DNA of 60,938 nt, counting the filler. It is 6 parts of 6 records of this genome, joined end to end, with 100 filler letters (N's around TTAATTAATTAA, not from the genome) between each part and the next. Parts side by side here need not be neighbours in the genome. Positions count along the whole stretch, not along the records: positions 1 to 15,547 come from SRR22947725_3877; 5 more parts are not named here. The stretch is one strand, 5' to 3'. This document shows, piece by piece, positions 1-10,083 of this stretch (position 1 is the first letter of the stretch; each line of letters opens with the position of its first letter). The translations under genes were made by a program, and so were the position numbers. Below the pieces are notes generated by a model. The model was not told the origin of the DNA, did no database searches, and saw only the letters and a list, made by a program, of their open reading frames with translations.

Positions 1-195
1 AGGCGCAGCCCGGTGTTGCCACCGGGCAAAATGTTTTGGCTTGACGGCTGGGTTATGCAGAGAGCTTTTCCCATAATTTTCACCGCAATATGTTATTCAT
101 CCAGCCGCAGGGGCTCTAAGCGTTTGCATCGCATATGTTTGGACAGTAATGTGTTAGACAACTAAATATGGGAATATCCCAGACAGGCGGCCAAA

Positions 196-2946
196 ATGAC
201 AGATGAAACACTCCCCCCCGAGAGCAGCGAAACACCAGCTCCCACATCCTCCGCCTATGACGGCCCGGCGATCAGCATTACGCAGGAGATGAAAACCTCC
301 TATCTTGACTATGCCATGAGCGTGATTGTCAGCCGTGCAATCCCGGATCTGCGCGATGGTCTCAAGCCCGTGCACCGCCGGATTCTCTATGCGATGCATG
401 AAACCAATAACACCCATGACAAGCCCTACCGAAAATCCTCGCGGCCGGTCGCGGAAGCGATGGGGAAATACCACCCCCATGGGGACGGCGCAATCTATGA
501 TGCTTTGGTGCGCATGGCGCAGGACTTCTCAATGTCCTTGGTGCTGTTGGACGGGCAAGGCAATTTTGGCTCCATGGATGGCGATAAGGCCGCGGCCTAT
601 CGCTACACAGAAGTGCGTATGGAAAAATCGGCGCAAGCGCTCTTGGCCGATATCGACAAAGATACAGTTGATTTTCAGCTCAATTATGATGGCAAAGATA
701 CGGAGCCCACAGTTCTGCCGGCCCGCTATCCCAATATGCTGGTCAACGGCGCTGGCGGCATTGCCGTGGGCATGGCCACCAATATCCCCCCCCACAACCT
801 GGGCGAAGTGGTTGATGCGACATTGGCCTTGATTGAAGATCCGGATCTGACCTCAGAGCAGCTGATCGACTATATCCCCGGGCCGGATTTTCCCACAGGC
901 GGCGTGATGCTGGGCCGCTCAGGCGCCCGCAAGGCCTATCTCGAAGGTCGCGGCAGCGTGATCAACCGGGCCAAAACCCGCTTTGAAGAGCTGCGCAAAG
1001 ATCGTTGGGCCATCATCATTGAAGAGATCCCCTATCAGGTCAACAAAGCGGCAATGATCGAGAAAATTGCAGCCGAAGTGCGTGATAAACGCATTGAAGG
1101 CGTGGCCCATGTGCAAGATGAATCAGATCGTAATGGCGTGCGTGTGGTGGTTGAGCTGAAACGCGATGCCACGGCGGAAGTGGTGTTGAACCAATTGTTC
1201 CGCTACACGCCGATGCAGACCTCCTTTGGCTGTAATATGCTGGCCCTGAATGGCGGGCGGCCCGAACAGCTCACACTGCGGCGCTTTTTGACCTGCTTTA
1301 TCGATTTCCGCGAGGAAGTCGTGGCACGCCGGACGGCCTTTGAGCTGCGCAAGGCGCGCGAGAGGAGCCATGTGTTATGCGGGCTTGCGGTGGCGGTGAG
1401 CAATGTGGATGAAATTGTTGCGACCATTCGCGCCTCAAGCGATGCCGCAGAGGCACGTCTGAAATTAATGGAGCGGCGCTGGCCGGCGGCGGAAATTTCC
1501 GATTATATCCGCCTGATTGACGATCCAACCCATACGATGAACGACGATGGCACCTACAATCTATCAGAAACGCAGGCGCGGGCCATTTTGGAGCTGCGTT
1601 TGCAGCGGTTGACACAAATCGGCGTCAAAGAGGTCACCGACGAGCTGGCTGTTCTGGCCGCGAAGATCAAAGAGTATCTTGAAATTCTGTCGTCTCGCGA
1701 GCGGATCATGGGGATCATTTCCGATGAGCTGCGCGAGGTTAAAGACAATTTCGCCGTTCCGCGCCGCACCGAGATCATTGAATGGTCCGGTGATATGATC
1801 GACGAAGATTTGATTGAGCGCGAGGAAATGGTCGTCACAGTCACCGCCGGCGGCTATATCAAACGCACGGCCTTGGCCGATTTCCGGGCGCAAAAGCGCG
1901 GCGGCAAGGGGCTGCAGGGCATGTCGACCAAAGATGAAGATGTGGTCACCACACTCTTTGTGGCCAATACCCATACCCAGCTGTTGTTTTTCACAACCGA
2001 TGGTATGGCCTATAAGATGAAGACCTGGCGGCTGCCGCTCGGAGGGCGCACGGCCAAGGGCAAGGCGATTGTCAATATCTTGCCCATTCCGACCGGCGTC
2101 TCTGTGGCTGCGATCATGCCGGTTGACCGTGATGAAGCCGAATGGGGCGATTTGCAAATCGTCTTTGCAACTACACAAGGCGATGTACGCCGCAACCGCC
2201 TGTCTGACTTCACCAATGTGCGCTCAAATGGCAAGATCGCCATGAAATTGCCCGAAGGGGTGGAGTTGGTCAACGCGCGGATCTGCAGCGAAAATGATGA
2301 TGTTATGCTCACCACCAACAGTGGCCGAGCCATTCGCTTTGCCTCGACCGATCTGCGGGTGATGAACTCTCGCGCCTCAACCGGTGTGCGCGGTATTCGT
2401 CTCACTGGCGACGATATGGTCGTCTCCATGTCCGTTATTCGCCATTTTGAAGCCACACCCGAAGAGCGCGCCGCCTATCTGAAGATGCGCCGCGCTCTGG
2501 CGGGCGTGACAGATGAGGAGGCCGGTGAGGACGATGTTCCTGCCGATCCGAACTTCTCGCAAGAACGCTATGAGGAAATGGCGGCGGTTGAAAATCTGAT
2601 CCTGACCATTACCCGTGGCGGCTCTGGCAAGCTGTCGTCCAGCCATGATTACCCGGTGCGCGGGCGCGGCGGGATGGGCGTGGCCGCGATGGATAAGGCG
2701 ATGCGCGGCGGTCCAGTGGTCGCCAGCTTCCCGGTAAAGCTTGTCGATCAAATCATGCTGGTGACAAGCACAGGTCAATCAATCCGCTGCCCCATTGACG
2801 GCATTTCCTTCCGCTCCCGCAATGCTGGCGGTGTGCGGGTGTTCAATACAAGCCGCGATGAGCAAGTGGTCAGCGTCGCCTATATCCCAGATCAAGGCGA
2901 CGGCGAAGATACGCCCGAGGAAAGCACTTCCGAGGCCGCCTCTTAA
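196..2946 (+). CDS. gyrA: DNA gyrase subunit A
   Basis: [33 protein letters not shown], catalytic RYTE and GyrA-box QKRGGKG; 916 aa. Confidence 0.98.
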   Translation: MTDETLPPESSETPAPTSSAYDGPAISITQEMKTSYLDYAMSVIVSRAIPDLRDGLKPVHRRILYAMHETNNTHDKPYRKSSRPVAEAMGKYHPHGDGAIYDALVRMAQDFSMSLVLLDGQGNFGSMDGDKAAAYRYTEVRMEKSAQALLADIDKDTVDFQLNYDGKDTEPTVLPARYPNMLVNGAGGIAVGMATNIPPHNLGEVVDATLALIEDPDLTSEQLIDYIPGPDFPTGGVMLGRSGARKAYLEGRGSVINRAKTRFEELRKDRWAIIIEEIPYQVNKAAMIEKIAAEVRDKRIEGVAHVQDESDRNGVRVVVELKRDATAEVVLNQLFRYTPMQTSFGCNMLALNGGRPEQLTLRRFLTCFIDFREEVVARRTAFELRKARERSHVLCGLAVAVSNVDEIVATIRASSDAAEARLKLMERRWPAAEISDYIRLIDDPTHTMNDDGTYNLSETQARAILELRLQRLTQIGVKEVTDELAVLAAKIKEYLEILSSRERIMGIISDELREVKDNFAVPRRTEIIEWSGDMIDEDLIEREEMVVTVTAGGYIKRTALADFRAQKRGGKGLQGMSTKDEDVVTTLFVANTHTQLLFFTTDGMAYKMKTWRLPLGGRTAKGKAIVNILPIPTGVSVAAIMPVDRDEAEWGDLQIVFATTQGDVRRNRLSDFTNVRSNGKIAMKLPEGVELVNARICSENDDVMLTTNSGRAIRFASTDLRVMNSRASTGVRGIRLTGDDMVVSMSVIRHFEATPEERAAYLKMRRALAGVTDEEAGEDDVPADPNFSQERYEEMAAVENLILTITRGGSGKLSSSHDYPVRGRGGMGVAAMDKAMRGGPVVASFPVKLVDQIMLVTSTGQSIRCPIDGISFRSRNAGGVRVFNTSRDEQVVSVAYIPDQGDGEDTPEESTSEAAS

Positions 2947-2953
2947 ACGACAT

Positions 2954-2987
2954 ATGTGACCGTGCAGGCAATTCTGCGCGGTCACAT
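2954..2987 (+). terminator. Stem-loop just after the gyrA stop (probable terminator or stabiliser)
   Basis: ATGTGACCGTGCAG-GCAATT-CTGCGCGGTCACAT, a 14-bp stem with one G.U pair; only a weak, displaced T-tract. Confidence 0.55.
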
Positions 2988-3103
2988 CGGCATTTTACGA
3001 AACTCATATATAAAAACTTTTTTATATACATAGGTGTATATATACCTATACGGCAAAACCACCCGCATAGCCCTACTCGGACTCGCACTCTTCTTCCGAT
3101 TGC

Positions 3104-3119
3104 GTTAACGTAAAGTTAA
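3104..3119 (-). promoter_or_regulatory. Putative CtrA binding box
   Basis: Minus strand reads TTAA-CTTTACG-TTAAC, an exact match to TTAA-N7-TTAAC; intergenic; chpT lies on the same contig. Confidence 0.6.
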
Positions 3120-3254
3120 TAAATGTCGCGCGCCTCGGATCTAATGAGTGTTTAGCACCAAGTCGCAAGTAACGAGTTCATTGTGGCACCAAAGTGATTC
3201 AATTCGGCCCTTCGACGTAGCTGATTGATTATAAATTATAAAGTTATGTGCAGC

Positions 3255-3385
3255 TGCGGCGATTGTGGTGTTTGGAGGCTTCTCCAAGCATAATACGAGT
3301 GAGGGGATGCAACGGCGGCATCATGTTTGATCTGCCTTAGCATTGCATAAAGCACGGTCTCTTGGGTGAGGGACCGTGCTTTTTA
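3255..3385 (+). ncRNA. Candidate structured small RNA (three hairpins ending in an intrinsic terminator); 5' end uncertain
   Basis: Stems at about 3263-3298, 3307-3348 and 3349-3382 plus a T-run; the stem mispairs read as G.U on the + strand; no long ORF. Confidence 0.45.
3349..3384 (+). terminator. Rho-independent terminator (possibly bidirectional)
   Basis: AAAGCACGGTCTCTT-GGGT-GAGGGACCGTGCTTT followed by TT; 15-bp stem with 2 G.U pairs on the + strand. Confidence 0.8.
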
Positions 3386-3395
3386 ATTTGCCGCA

Positions 3396-4877
3396 TTACA
3401 AGCTAAGGTCGTAAAGATCTGAAAATTTATCCTGCAGATAGGCCAGTAAAGGCGCTTCACTCGGCACCGCGCCACAGGCCAGCGTGATGGTCTCACGCGG
3501 CAAGTTCAACGCTCCATGACGCTGCAAGCTCTCCTTCAGCCAGGCCGTCGCCTTACTCAAATCTCCAACCCGAAGCTGATCGTCCAAATCAGGATTAAGC
3601 GCCGTCATCCGCTCAAAAAGGCAGCCTGCGTAGACATTGCCAAGCGAATAGGTTGGGAAATATCCAAACAACCCCACAGACCAATGGACATCTTGCAAAC
3701 ACCCCTGCGAGGCACGCGGCACCTCATATCCAAAATCAGCCGCAAAGCGATCATTCCAAGCGCTCTGCAAATCTTGCACTTGCAAATCGCCCGCAATCAT
3801 CGCGCGCTCCAGATCAAAGCGCAGCAACACATGCAAATTATATTGCACCTCATCGGCCTCAGTGCGGATGAAACCATTGCGCACCGAATTTACCGCTTTG
3901 TAAAATTCATCCGCGCTTTCAATGCCAAAATCACCAAAGCCCGCGCGCATTTTTGCAAAGAGAAACTCGGTAAAGGCGCGGCTGCGGCCCAATTGGTTTT
4001 CATAGATCCGCGACTGGCTTTCATGAACGCCCATGGAGGCACCCTGCCCTATGGCCGTCAGCGTATACTCTGGATCAACATTTTGCTCGTAACAGCCATG
4101 CCCCACCTCATGAATGGTGGAATAAAAGCAATTGAACGGATCGCTGGGGTCCGTGCGCGTGGTGATCCGAACATCCTGCCCTGATCCGGAGGAGAAGGGA
4201 TGCACCGCCTTATCAATCCGCCCACAGTTCAAATCATAGCCAAAACACTGCGCCAATTCACTGGCGATCTGCAATTGCACAGTCTCATCAAAAAACCCTT
4301 GCAGTGATTTCGCCGGGGGTTTTTCTAATATCTCACCACGCAGAGCCACCAATCCGGGGCGCAGTGCCCCAAACATCTGGTCGAGCTCAGAGGCTGTCGT
4401 GCCCGGCTCATAATCGGCCAACATGGCATCATAGACGTCCCCGCCGGCCGCCAGCGCCTGCCCTTCTTCGCGTTTGAGCGCCAAAACCTCCTGCAAAACA
4501 GGAGCGAAAGCTGCAAAATCATCCTCCGCGCGTGCCGCTGCCCATTTGCCCTGCGCCATTGAGGTTGTGCTGGCGATGGCCTCTGCCAAATCGCCCGGCA
4601 CTTTCACCGCGCGCTCATAAGCGGTTTTAATCTCACGCAGCTGCGCCTGGGTCACCCGGTCAAAGGCTTGCCCGTCACAAGCCGCCAACCAATCGCCTAC
4701 GCGCGGATCTGACCTGCGCGCATGCAGCACCCCTTCGAGCGCGGCCATCTCTTCGCCGCGTTGCGCAGATGACCCGCTGGGCATCATCGTTTCTTGATCC
4801 CATCCCAAACGACCTGAAACCTGACCCAATGCCTGTGTTTGGCGATCAAAATGTAGAAGTTCCGTTAAAGCCGTCAT
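3396..4877 (-). CDS. Carboxypeptidase M32 (Taq-type)
   Basis: HPF, DVRITTR, HEVGH, HESQS, IRTEADE, GCLQDVHW and GYFPTY motifs; start moved to ATG 4877, which overlaps the ctaA stop (ATGA). Confidence 0.95.
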   Translation of the reverse strand: MTALTELLHFDRQTQALGQVSGRLGWDQETMMPSGSSAQRGEEMAALEGVLHARRSDPRVGDWLAACDGQAFDRVTQAQLREIKTAYERAVKVPGDLAEAIASTTSMAQGKWAAARAEDDFAAFAPVLQEVLALKREEGQALAAGGDVYDAMLADYEPGTTASELDQMFGALRPGLVALRGEILEKPPAKSLQGFFDETVQLQIASELAQCFGYDLNCGRIDKAVHPFSSGSGQDVRITTRTDPSDPFNCFYSTIHEVGHGCYEQNVDPEYTLTAIGQGASMGVHESQSRIYENQLGRSRAFTEFLFAKMRAGFGDFGIESADEFYKAVNSVRNGFIRTEADEVQYNLHVLLRFDLERAMIAGDLQVQDLQSAWNDRFAADFGYEVPRASQGCLQDVHWSVGLFGYFPTYSLGNVYAGCLFERMTALNPDLDDQLRVGDLSKATAWLKESLQRHGALNLPRETITLACGAVPSEAPLLAYLQDKFSDLYDLSL

Positions 4878-6016
4878 GAGGTCCCCCGAACAGAAGTGGC
4901 AATCGGATAGCCGGCCAAAAATCGCCCTCGAAGCACCGCAAGCCACAGAAGCACTGCGGTAAACTGGTGCAAAATAGCCAGATTCCAAGGAGATGAATGC
5001 ATCACCGTTACGATACCTAAGATCATCTGAACCGTCAAAACAAGCCCCACAGTGCCAAAGGCGGCGCGGGTCACCTTATGGGCAGAGGCCTTGGCCCGCA
5101 AAGCCACCACAATGGCGAAGGCAAATAAGAGATAGGCGCTCATCCGATGAATAAACTGCACCAAGCCATCGTCCTCAAAGAAATTCCGCCACCAAGGCGA
5201 CAGGCTGAACATATCGGGAGGTAAAAACCCACCAGCCATCAGTGGCCAATCGGTGTAATTGCGCCCAGCATCAATCCCAGCAACCAAGGCGCCCAGCAGC
5301 ACTTGCAGCGCCACGAAATGCACCAAGCCGGTGGACATGCCAAACAGCTTGCGCTCCCGCGCGCGGCGTGCCTGCAGCAACTCCGCCTCAGAGCGGGAAA
5401 ATATCTGCAAACTCCAGTAAATATATCCCAAAAGCGCAAAAGCCGCCCCGAGATGCGCCATAAGCCAATAGGAGGCCACATCAAGCCGCACACCATCCAG
5501 ACCCGAATGAACCATCAGCCAGCCGATGAACCCTTGCAGGCCGATAAAAGGTCCAATGGCAAAGAGAGACAGGCGCCGGGCCTTGGGCAATTTGCCCGTG
5601 AAAAACAACAGCGCGAACCCAAGTGCCCAGGTCAGACCAATGAAACGCCCAAGCTGCCGGTGGCCCCATTCCCACCAAAAGATAACTTTGAATTCCGCCA
5701 AGCTCATAGCAGCATTTTGCACAGCAAATTCAGCGGTGGTTTGATAGGCGGCAAAGGCGGCCTGCCAGGCAGCGGCGCTCAAAGGCGGGATGGCACCCAT
5801 AACCGGGTCCCATTCGGTGATCGACAGGCCACTGTCCGTCAGGCGTGTTAATCCGCCCACGGTGATCATCACAATGATCAAACCGACCAAGCTCCACAAC
5901 CAAAGGCGCACCCAATGCCGATCTCCACTCCCGGCGCGCGCGATGGCACCCGCACTGGCGCTTGTGATCTTTGTATCGCTGCCAACCTCTTCAAAGATAT
6001 TTCGCTTATTCGCCAT
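4874..6016 (-). CDS. ctaA: Heme A synthase (COX15/CtaA type 2)
   Basis: GGLTRLTDSGLSITEW, EWGHR, AHL, QFIHR and LHQ; multiple TM helices. Confidence 0.95.
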   Translation of the reverse strand: MANKRNIFEEVGSDTKITSASAGAIARAGSGDRHWVRLWLWSLVGLIIVMITVGGLTRLTDSGLSITEWDPVMGAIPPLSAAAWQAAFAAYQTTAEFAVQNAAMSLAEFKVIFWWEWGHRQLGRFIGLTWALGFALLFFTGKLPKARRLSLFAIGPFIGLQGFIGWLMVHSGLDGVRLDVASYWLMAHLGAAFALLGYIYWSLQIFSRSEAELLQARRARERKLFGMSTGLVHFVALQVLLGALVAGIDAGRNYTDWPLMAGGFLPPDMFSLSPWWRNFFEDDGLVQFIHRMSAYLLFAFAIVVALRAKASAHKVTRAAFGTVGLVLTVQMILGIVTVMHSSPWNLAILHQFTAVLLWLAVLRGRFLAGYPIATSVRGTS

Positions 6017-6063
6017 GTTTAAGCCTTTCGTTTCATCTCAAGTTAGGGCTGAAAAATCCGCGT

Positions 6064-6810
6064 TCAACCACGCTCTTTCCAACGGACCATTTGGCGCATG
6101 GTGCCATGCAGCATTTGCACATCGGCTTTGGTCAGCGGCATACGCGACCACAGGTTGCGCAGATGAACTTTCATACTGGCAGCCTTGGTTTCTGGAAAGA
6201 AAAAACCTGCTGTATCAAGTCGTTGCTCAAAATGTTCGGCCAATTTCTCGACTTCAAGCCCACTGGCCCATTCTGATTTTGTCACCTGAGCCGCAGGTTG
6301 CCCCACCTCGCCCAGCTGCCTTTGCCACTCATAGCTGAGGAGCAATACACATTGCGCCAGATTGAGCGACGGGAAGTCAGGGTTCACGGGGACCGAGATA
6401 ATCGCATTGGCGCGGATGATGTCATCATTTTCAAGACCCGCGCGCTCAGGGCCAAACATCACCGCCACCTTCTGTCCCGTCCCAATCCGCCGGGCCGCTT
6501 CCGCCATCGCAAATTCAGGACTGTACACAGGTTTGGTCAAATCACGCGGCCGCGCGGTTGTGGCCATCACGAAGGTGGTATCGGCCAATGCCTCGGCGGT
6601 TGTGTCAAACAATCGCGCCTCATCGAGCAAACGCCCGGCTCCACTGGCCATCGCCACGGCCTTTTGGCTTGGCCAGCCGTCACGCGGGTCCACGATGCGC
6701 ATATGATCGAGCCCAAAATTCCACATAGCCCGAGCGGCAGCGCCAATGTTTTCACCCATTTGCGGGCGAATGAGGATGATTGCGGGTTGTTGCAGAGAAT
6801 GACGTGTCAT
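6064..6810 (-). CDS. trmJ: tRNA/rRNA 2'-O-methyltransferase, TrmJ/LasT (SPOUT)
   Basis: GENIGAAARAMWNFG, FGPERAGL and SLNLAQ motifs. Confidence 0.9.
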   Translation of the reverse strand: MTRHSLQQPAIILIRPQMGENIGAAARAMWNFGLDHMRIVDPRDGWPSQKAVAMASGAGRLLDEARLFDTTAEALADTTFVMATTARPRDLTKPVYSPEFAMAEAARRIGTGQKVAVMFGPERAGLENDDIIRANAIISVPVNPDFPSLNLAQCVLLLSYEWQRQLGEVGQPAAQVTKSEWASGLEVEKLAEHFEQRLDTAGFFFPETKAASMKVHLRNLWSRMPLTKADVQMLHGTMRQMVRWKERG

Positions 6811-6912
6811 AGGGTCTCTTAGCGTTCACAGAGGCGCGCGACAAGCGGTGGTCAAAGCCAATTTGTCACGCTATAGCCCGTAGCAACACCCATGCAATTT
6901 GGAGCCAATGCG

Positions 6913-7536
6913 ATGAGCACTGAAGATTTGCCGCAGATCTACCTCGTCACCCCCAGTGTGATTGACCTGGAGCACTACCCCGATCAGCTGGCGCGTGTCT
7001 TAGATTCGGTCGAGGTCGCCTGCCTGCGTTTGGGCCTGGCCAGCAGTGACGAAGATCACATAGCGCGCACCGCAGATGCTCTGCGCGATGTCGCCCATGC
7101 GCGGGACATCATGCTGGTGATTGAACGCCATGCGTTGTTGGTGGACCGTTTGGGGTTGGACGGGGTGCATCTGATGGACGGCGGGCGCAATCTAAGGCAA
7201 TTGCGCAAGGATCTCGGCGAAGACGCAATCCTTGGCGCTTATTGCAACACCTCCCGCCATGATGGGCTGACCGCGGGGGAAGCTGGCGCCGATTATGTCA
7301 GCTTTGGCCCGGTGGCGGCCTCCGCTCTGGGTGATGGGGCGCAGGTGGATCCAGAGTTGTTGACTTGGTGGAGTGAAATGATTGAGGTGCCTGTGGTCGC
7401 AGAGGGTGGCCTGACGGTGGATTTAATCCACAGCCTGTCCGATAAGGTAGATTTCTTTGCCATTGGCGCTGAAATTTGGACCCAGGACGATCCTTTGGCA
7501 CAGCTTCACATGCTCGCCGCTGCCCGAAACAGCTAG
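6913..7536 (+). CDS. Thiamine-phosphate synthase-like (ThiE/TenI fold) protein
   Basis: IYLVTP, DGVHL, GADYVSFGP and PVVAEGG motifs; start at the second Met. Confidence 0.8.
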   Translation: MSTEDLPQIYLVTPSVIDLEHYPDQLARVLDSVEVACLRLGLASSDEDHIARTADALRDVAHARDIMLVIERHALLVDRLGLDGVHLMDGGRNLRQLRKDLGEDAILGAYCNTSRHDGLTAGEAGADYVSFGPVAASALGDGAQVDPELLTWWSEMIEVPVVAEGGLTVDLIHSLSDKVDFFAIGAEIWTQDDPLAQLHMLAAARNS

Positions 7537-7581
7537 GCCGCCCTGCAATCTACCAGCCGAGACCAGATTGACGCTTTGCCC

Positions 7582-8421
7582 TTAAGAGGTCGCATCTGCC
7601 CAAGGCAGGGCTGCGGCGACCTGCGCCTGTAAGTGCCGCGCCAAGGATTTGCGATCGGCAAAATCGATGGCCGCAACGGGTTCATGGTAGATCACCTGCA
7701 CGGAGCCATGCCGCTTATAGGCCAAAGACTGCAGCAAATGGCGCGCCAAGTCACTGTCCCCCCACCATCCATAGAACCGCGGATCCTCGCCTTCAGGGGC
7801 ATGGAAGGCCAAAGTAATGGCCTGGATGCTCAAATCATCCGGCACATCTGGCGTCAAAAAGGACTGAAACAGCGTCGGTTTAAATGGCAACACCCGCCGC
7901 CCGTCTGTCGAAGTTCCCTCTGGAAAAAACAGCAACCGATGACCATGTCGCAATCGATGTTGCAACAGCTGCAAATGCAGCTGCGCTTGCTTGCGGTCAC
8001 GGGTGATAAATTGCGTACCGGTGGCGCGCGCCAACCAGCCAACCATAGGCCAATTTCTAACCTCTGACTTGGCCACAAAATAAATATCATCAAAGGCGTT
8101 CAGCGCAAAAATATCCAGCCAACTCGTGTGATTGGCCACCGCAACCGCGCTGCCGGGCATCGGCGTGCCGATCACCTCAAGGCGCATGCCCAGAACCCAA
8201 AATGCAAAACGGCAGACCGATTGTGTGATCTTTGGGGTCCAGGGCCGGGCCATGCCATAGACTGGCTTCTCCACCAAGCGCACCAGCAACAAAACGGCCA
8301 ACCCGCCAAATGTGTAACCGCCCATCAATAGGCCGCGCCAAGCCACCCGCATCCAGCCCGCCGCAGAAATCGGCACGGGATCGGGTTCGGTTTCAGACAT
8401 CCAAGTTGGGGACTTCGTCAT
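7582..8421 (-). CDS. olsA: Lyso-ornithine lipid / 1-acyl-glycerol-3-phosphate acyltransferase (PlsC family)
   Basis: NHTSWLD and FPEGT motifs; overlaps an olsB-like gene. Confidence 0.85.
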   Translation of the reverse strand: MTKSPTWMSETEPDPVPISAAGWMRVAWRGLLMGGYTFGGLAVLLLVRLVEKPVYGMARPWTPKITQSVCRFAFWVLGMRLEVIGTPMPGSAVAVANHTSWLDIFALNAFDDIYFVAKSEVRNWPMVGWLARATGTQFITRDRKQAQLHLQLLQHRLRHGHRLLFFPEGTSTDGRRVLPFKPTLFQSFLTPDVPDDLSIQAITLAFHAPEGEDPRFYGWWGDSDLARHLLQSLAYKRHGSVQVIYHEPVAAIDFADRKSLARHLQAQVAAALPWADATS

Positions 8422-9191
8422 CCTGACCCTTTCAGGTAGATCGTTTTTTGCCGCGGGTTCATCGCCGGCACATCCAGCACCATGCAGACATCCACCGTAT
8501 TGAATGCCGCATCTACATAGGCCCCCTCACCGACACAGCCTCCCAAGCGCAAATAAGCTTTAATCAAAGCTGGCATTGCGCGCAGCGCCGCCAGACGATC
8601 AATTTCAAAATCCCCAGAAGCGCCCAGCGGCACGGCGCCCGCGCCAATCGCTTTCGGGCGCAATGCAGCCTGCGCCAGATGCTCCCGGCCGAGCAAGGAC
8701 AGTGGCGCGGTGAGCGCGCAGAGATCAGTACCGGCAAAACTGGCTGTGCCAAAGAGGATTTCCGCGCCCTGGTCCGTCACATGCTGGGCCAAAGCTTGCC
8801 ACAGATAAAACATCGCCGCCCCTCCCCGGTAGGGCTGGCGCAGACAAGACCGGCCAAGCTCCATCATGGGCCGGCCGGTTTGCATCAGCGGCGCAAGATC
8901 GAATTCTGATGCGGTGTAAAACCCACCTGCGGCCCCTGCGCCAGCTTGGGTCATCATGCGGTAAACGCCTACAAGCTGCTCGGCCAAATCCGCGCCGCGG
9001 GCCCGGTCCAGCACCATCAAATGCTCTGAGTGGGCATCAAAAGCATCGGCTTCAATCTCGAGATCATGATTGACCGCCGGCCCGCTGGCGCCCAACTCCC
9101 GCACAAAAACATCATAGCGCAAACGCTGCACCGCCCAAAGATCCTCCGCGTCCTTGGCCAGCCGCACTTCGAATTCCGAAGGCATCAGCAT
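8418..9191 (-). CDS. olsB: Ornithine N-acyltransferase (GNAT, OlsB family)
   Basis: QRLRYDVF, GVYRM, ELGRSC and PALIKAYLRLG motifs; paired with olsA. Confidence 0.88.
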   Translation of the reverse strand: MLMPSEFEVRLAKDAEDLWAVQRLRYDVFVRELGASGPAVNHDLEIEADAFDAHSEHLMVLDRARGADLAEQLVGVYRMMTQAGAGAAGGFYTASEFDLAPLMQTGRPMMELGRSCLRQPYRGGAAMFYLWQALAQHVTDQGAEILFGTASFAGTDLCALTAPLSLLGREHLAQAALRPKAIGAGAVPLGASGDFEIDRLAALRAMPALIKAYLRLGGCVGEGAYVDAAFNTVDVCMVLDVPAMNPRQKTIYLKGSG

Positions 9192-9263
9192 CGCGGCGCA
9201 CCCGCTTGGGACCGCTTGACAATGATGATTATTTTAGCATTATGTCTCAACATGTTATATTAA

Positions 9264-9440
9264 TTAGTGTACTAAGATTAAAACAATACGAGACCCATCA
9301 ATGACAACCTTTCCAGCTTCTGGAAAATTCACAGTGATGTGATTGTTGATGTTAGACTGCACCTGACCTATGCCCCAATCGAGCTGATTGGGGTGTTGCA
9401 CGCGCTGACCGGGCTCTAAAAATGAATTTAAATTTTCCAT
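9264..9440 (-). CDS. DUF3553 family small protein (58 aa, absent from ORF track)
   Basis: Hand translation MENLNSFLEPGQRVQHPNQLDWGIGQVQSNINNHITVNFPEAGKVVIDGSRIVLILVH; HP..DWGxGQVQS pattern; divergent from chpT. Confidence 0.85.
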   Translation of the reverse strand: MENLNSFLEPGQRVQHPNQLDWGIGQVQSNINNHITVNFPEAGKVVIDGSRIVLILVH

Positions 9441-9465
9441 GGACCCTCTTTTTCGAAGCCATCAT

Positions 9466-10047
9466 ATGACAGAAAAACCCAATATAACAGCCCTTGTCGC
9501 TGCCCGCATGTGCCATGATTTGGCCAGTCCTATTGGTGCCATTGGCAATGGCGTTGAGCTTGTGGAGTTGACAGGCAAAACCCTCGGCCAGGAGGGAGAA
9601 TTGGTCAAAGCCAGCGTCAACGCCGCCGTCGCAAAGCTCAAACTCTTCCGCATCGCCTTTGGTCAATTTAATGCGGATGAAATTTTAAACGCCGCCGAGA
9701 TTTCAGCCGTGCAAACAGCTTGGAACGTCACCGGCCGTATTCACGTCGATTTTATCCCCAAGCAATTACGGAAGACGGATGTGAAAACCTGTCTTTTAAT
9801 ATTGCAATCTATCCAAGTCGCCATGCTGCAGGGGGCCAAAGTGGTGGTTAAAATTGCAGAGGGGCGTCGGATCATCCATGCCATCGGTCCCAAGGTCACT
9901 TTTGATGAAGCGCTATGGTCCGCCCTCACGCATAAGCAGATCGCGCCCGACATCCCCCCCAAACATGTGCAATTTGCAATCTTACAGGCGCTTGATTTGC
10001 CACTGCAACTCCATCACAGCGCAACAGAAATGACTGTCAGTTTTTGA
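9466..10047 (+). CDS. chpT: Histidine phosphotransferase ChpT
   Basis: ARMCHDLASPIGAIGNGVEL and FRIAFG motifs; start set at 9466 because 9439 would overlap the DUF3553 start. Confidence 0.9.
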   Translation: MTEKPNITALVAARMCHDLASPIGAIGNGVELVELTGKTLGQEGELVKASVNAAVAKLKLFRIAFGQFNADEILNAAEISAVQTAWNVTGRIHVDFIPKQLRKTDVKTCLLILQSIQVAMLQGAKVVVKIAEGRRIIHAIGPKVTFDEALWSALTHKQIAPDIPPKHVQFAILQALDLPLQLHHSATEMTVSF

Positions 10048-10083
10048 CGGCGTCTTCGCTGCCGCGCTTGGGTGCATAAAGAT

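Noticed and set aside
3246-3293. Cys-rich micro-ORF MCSCGDCGVWRLLQA
   Set aside because: Only 15 codons, no RBS, and it overlaps an RNA hairpin; probably chance.
2947-3395. Replication origin or dif site
   Set aside because: There is an AT-rich tract, a CtrA box and GANTC sites, but I found no DnaA boxes and no XerC/XerD arms with a 6-bp spacer.
7582-9191. Ornithine lipid genes as a novelty
   Set aside because: olsBA is a well-described Rhodobacterales locus.
9310-9326. Palindrome TTTCCAG-CTT-CTGGAAA as an operator
   Set aside because: It lies inside the DUF3553 coding sequence (FPEAGK).
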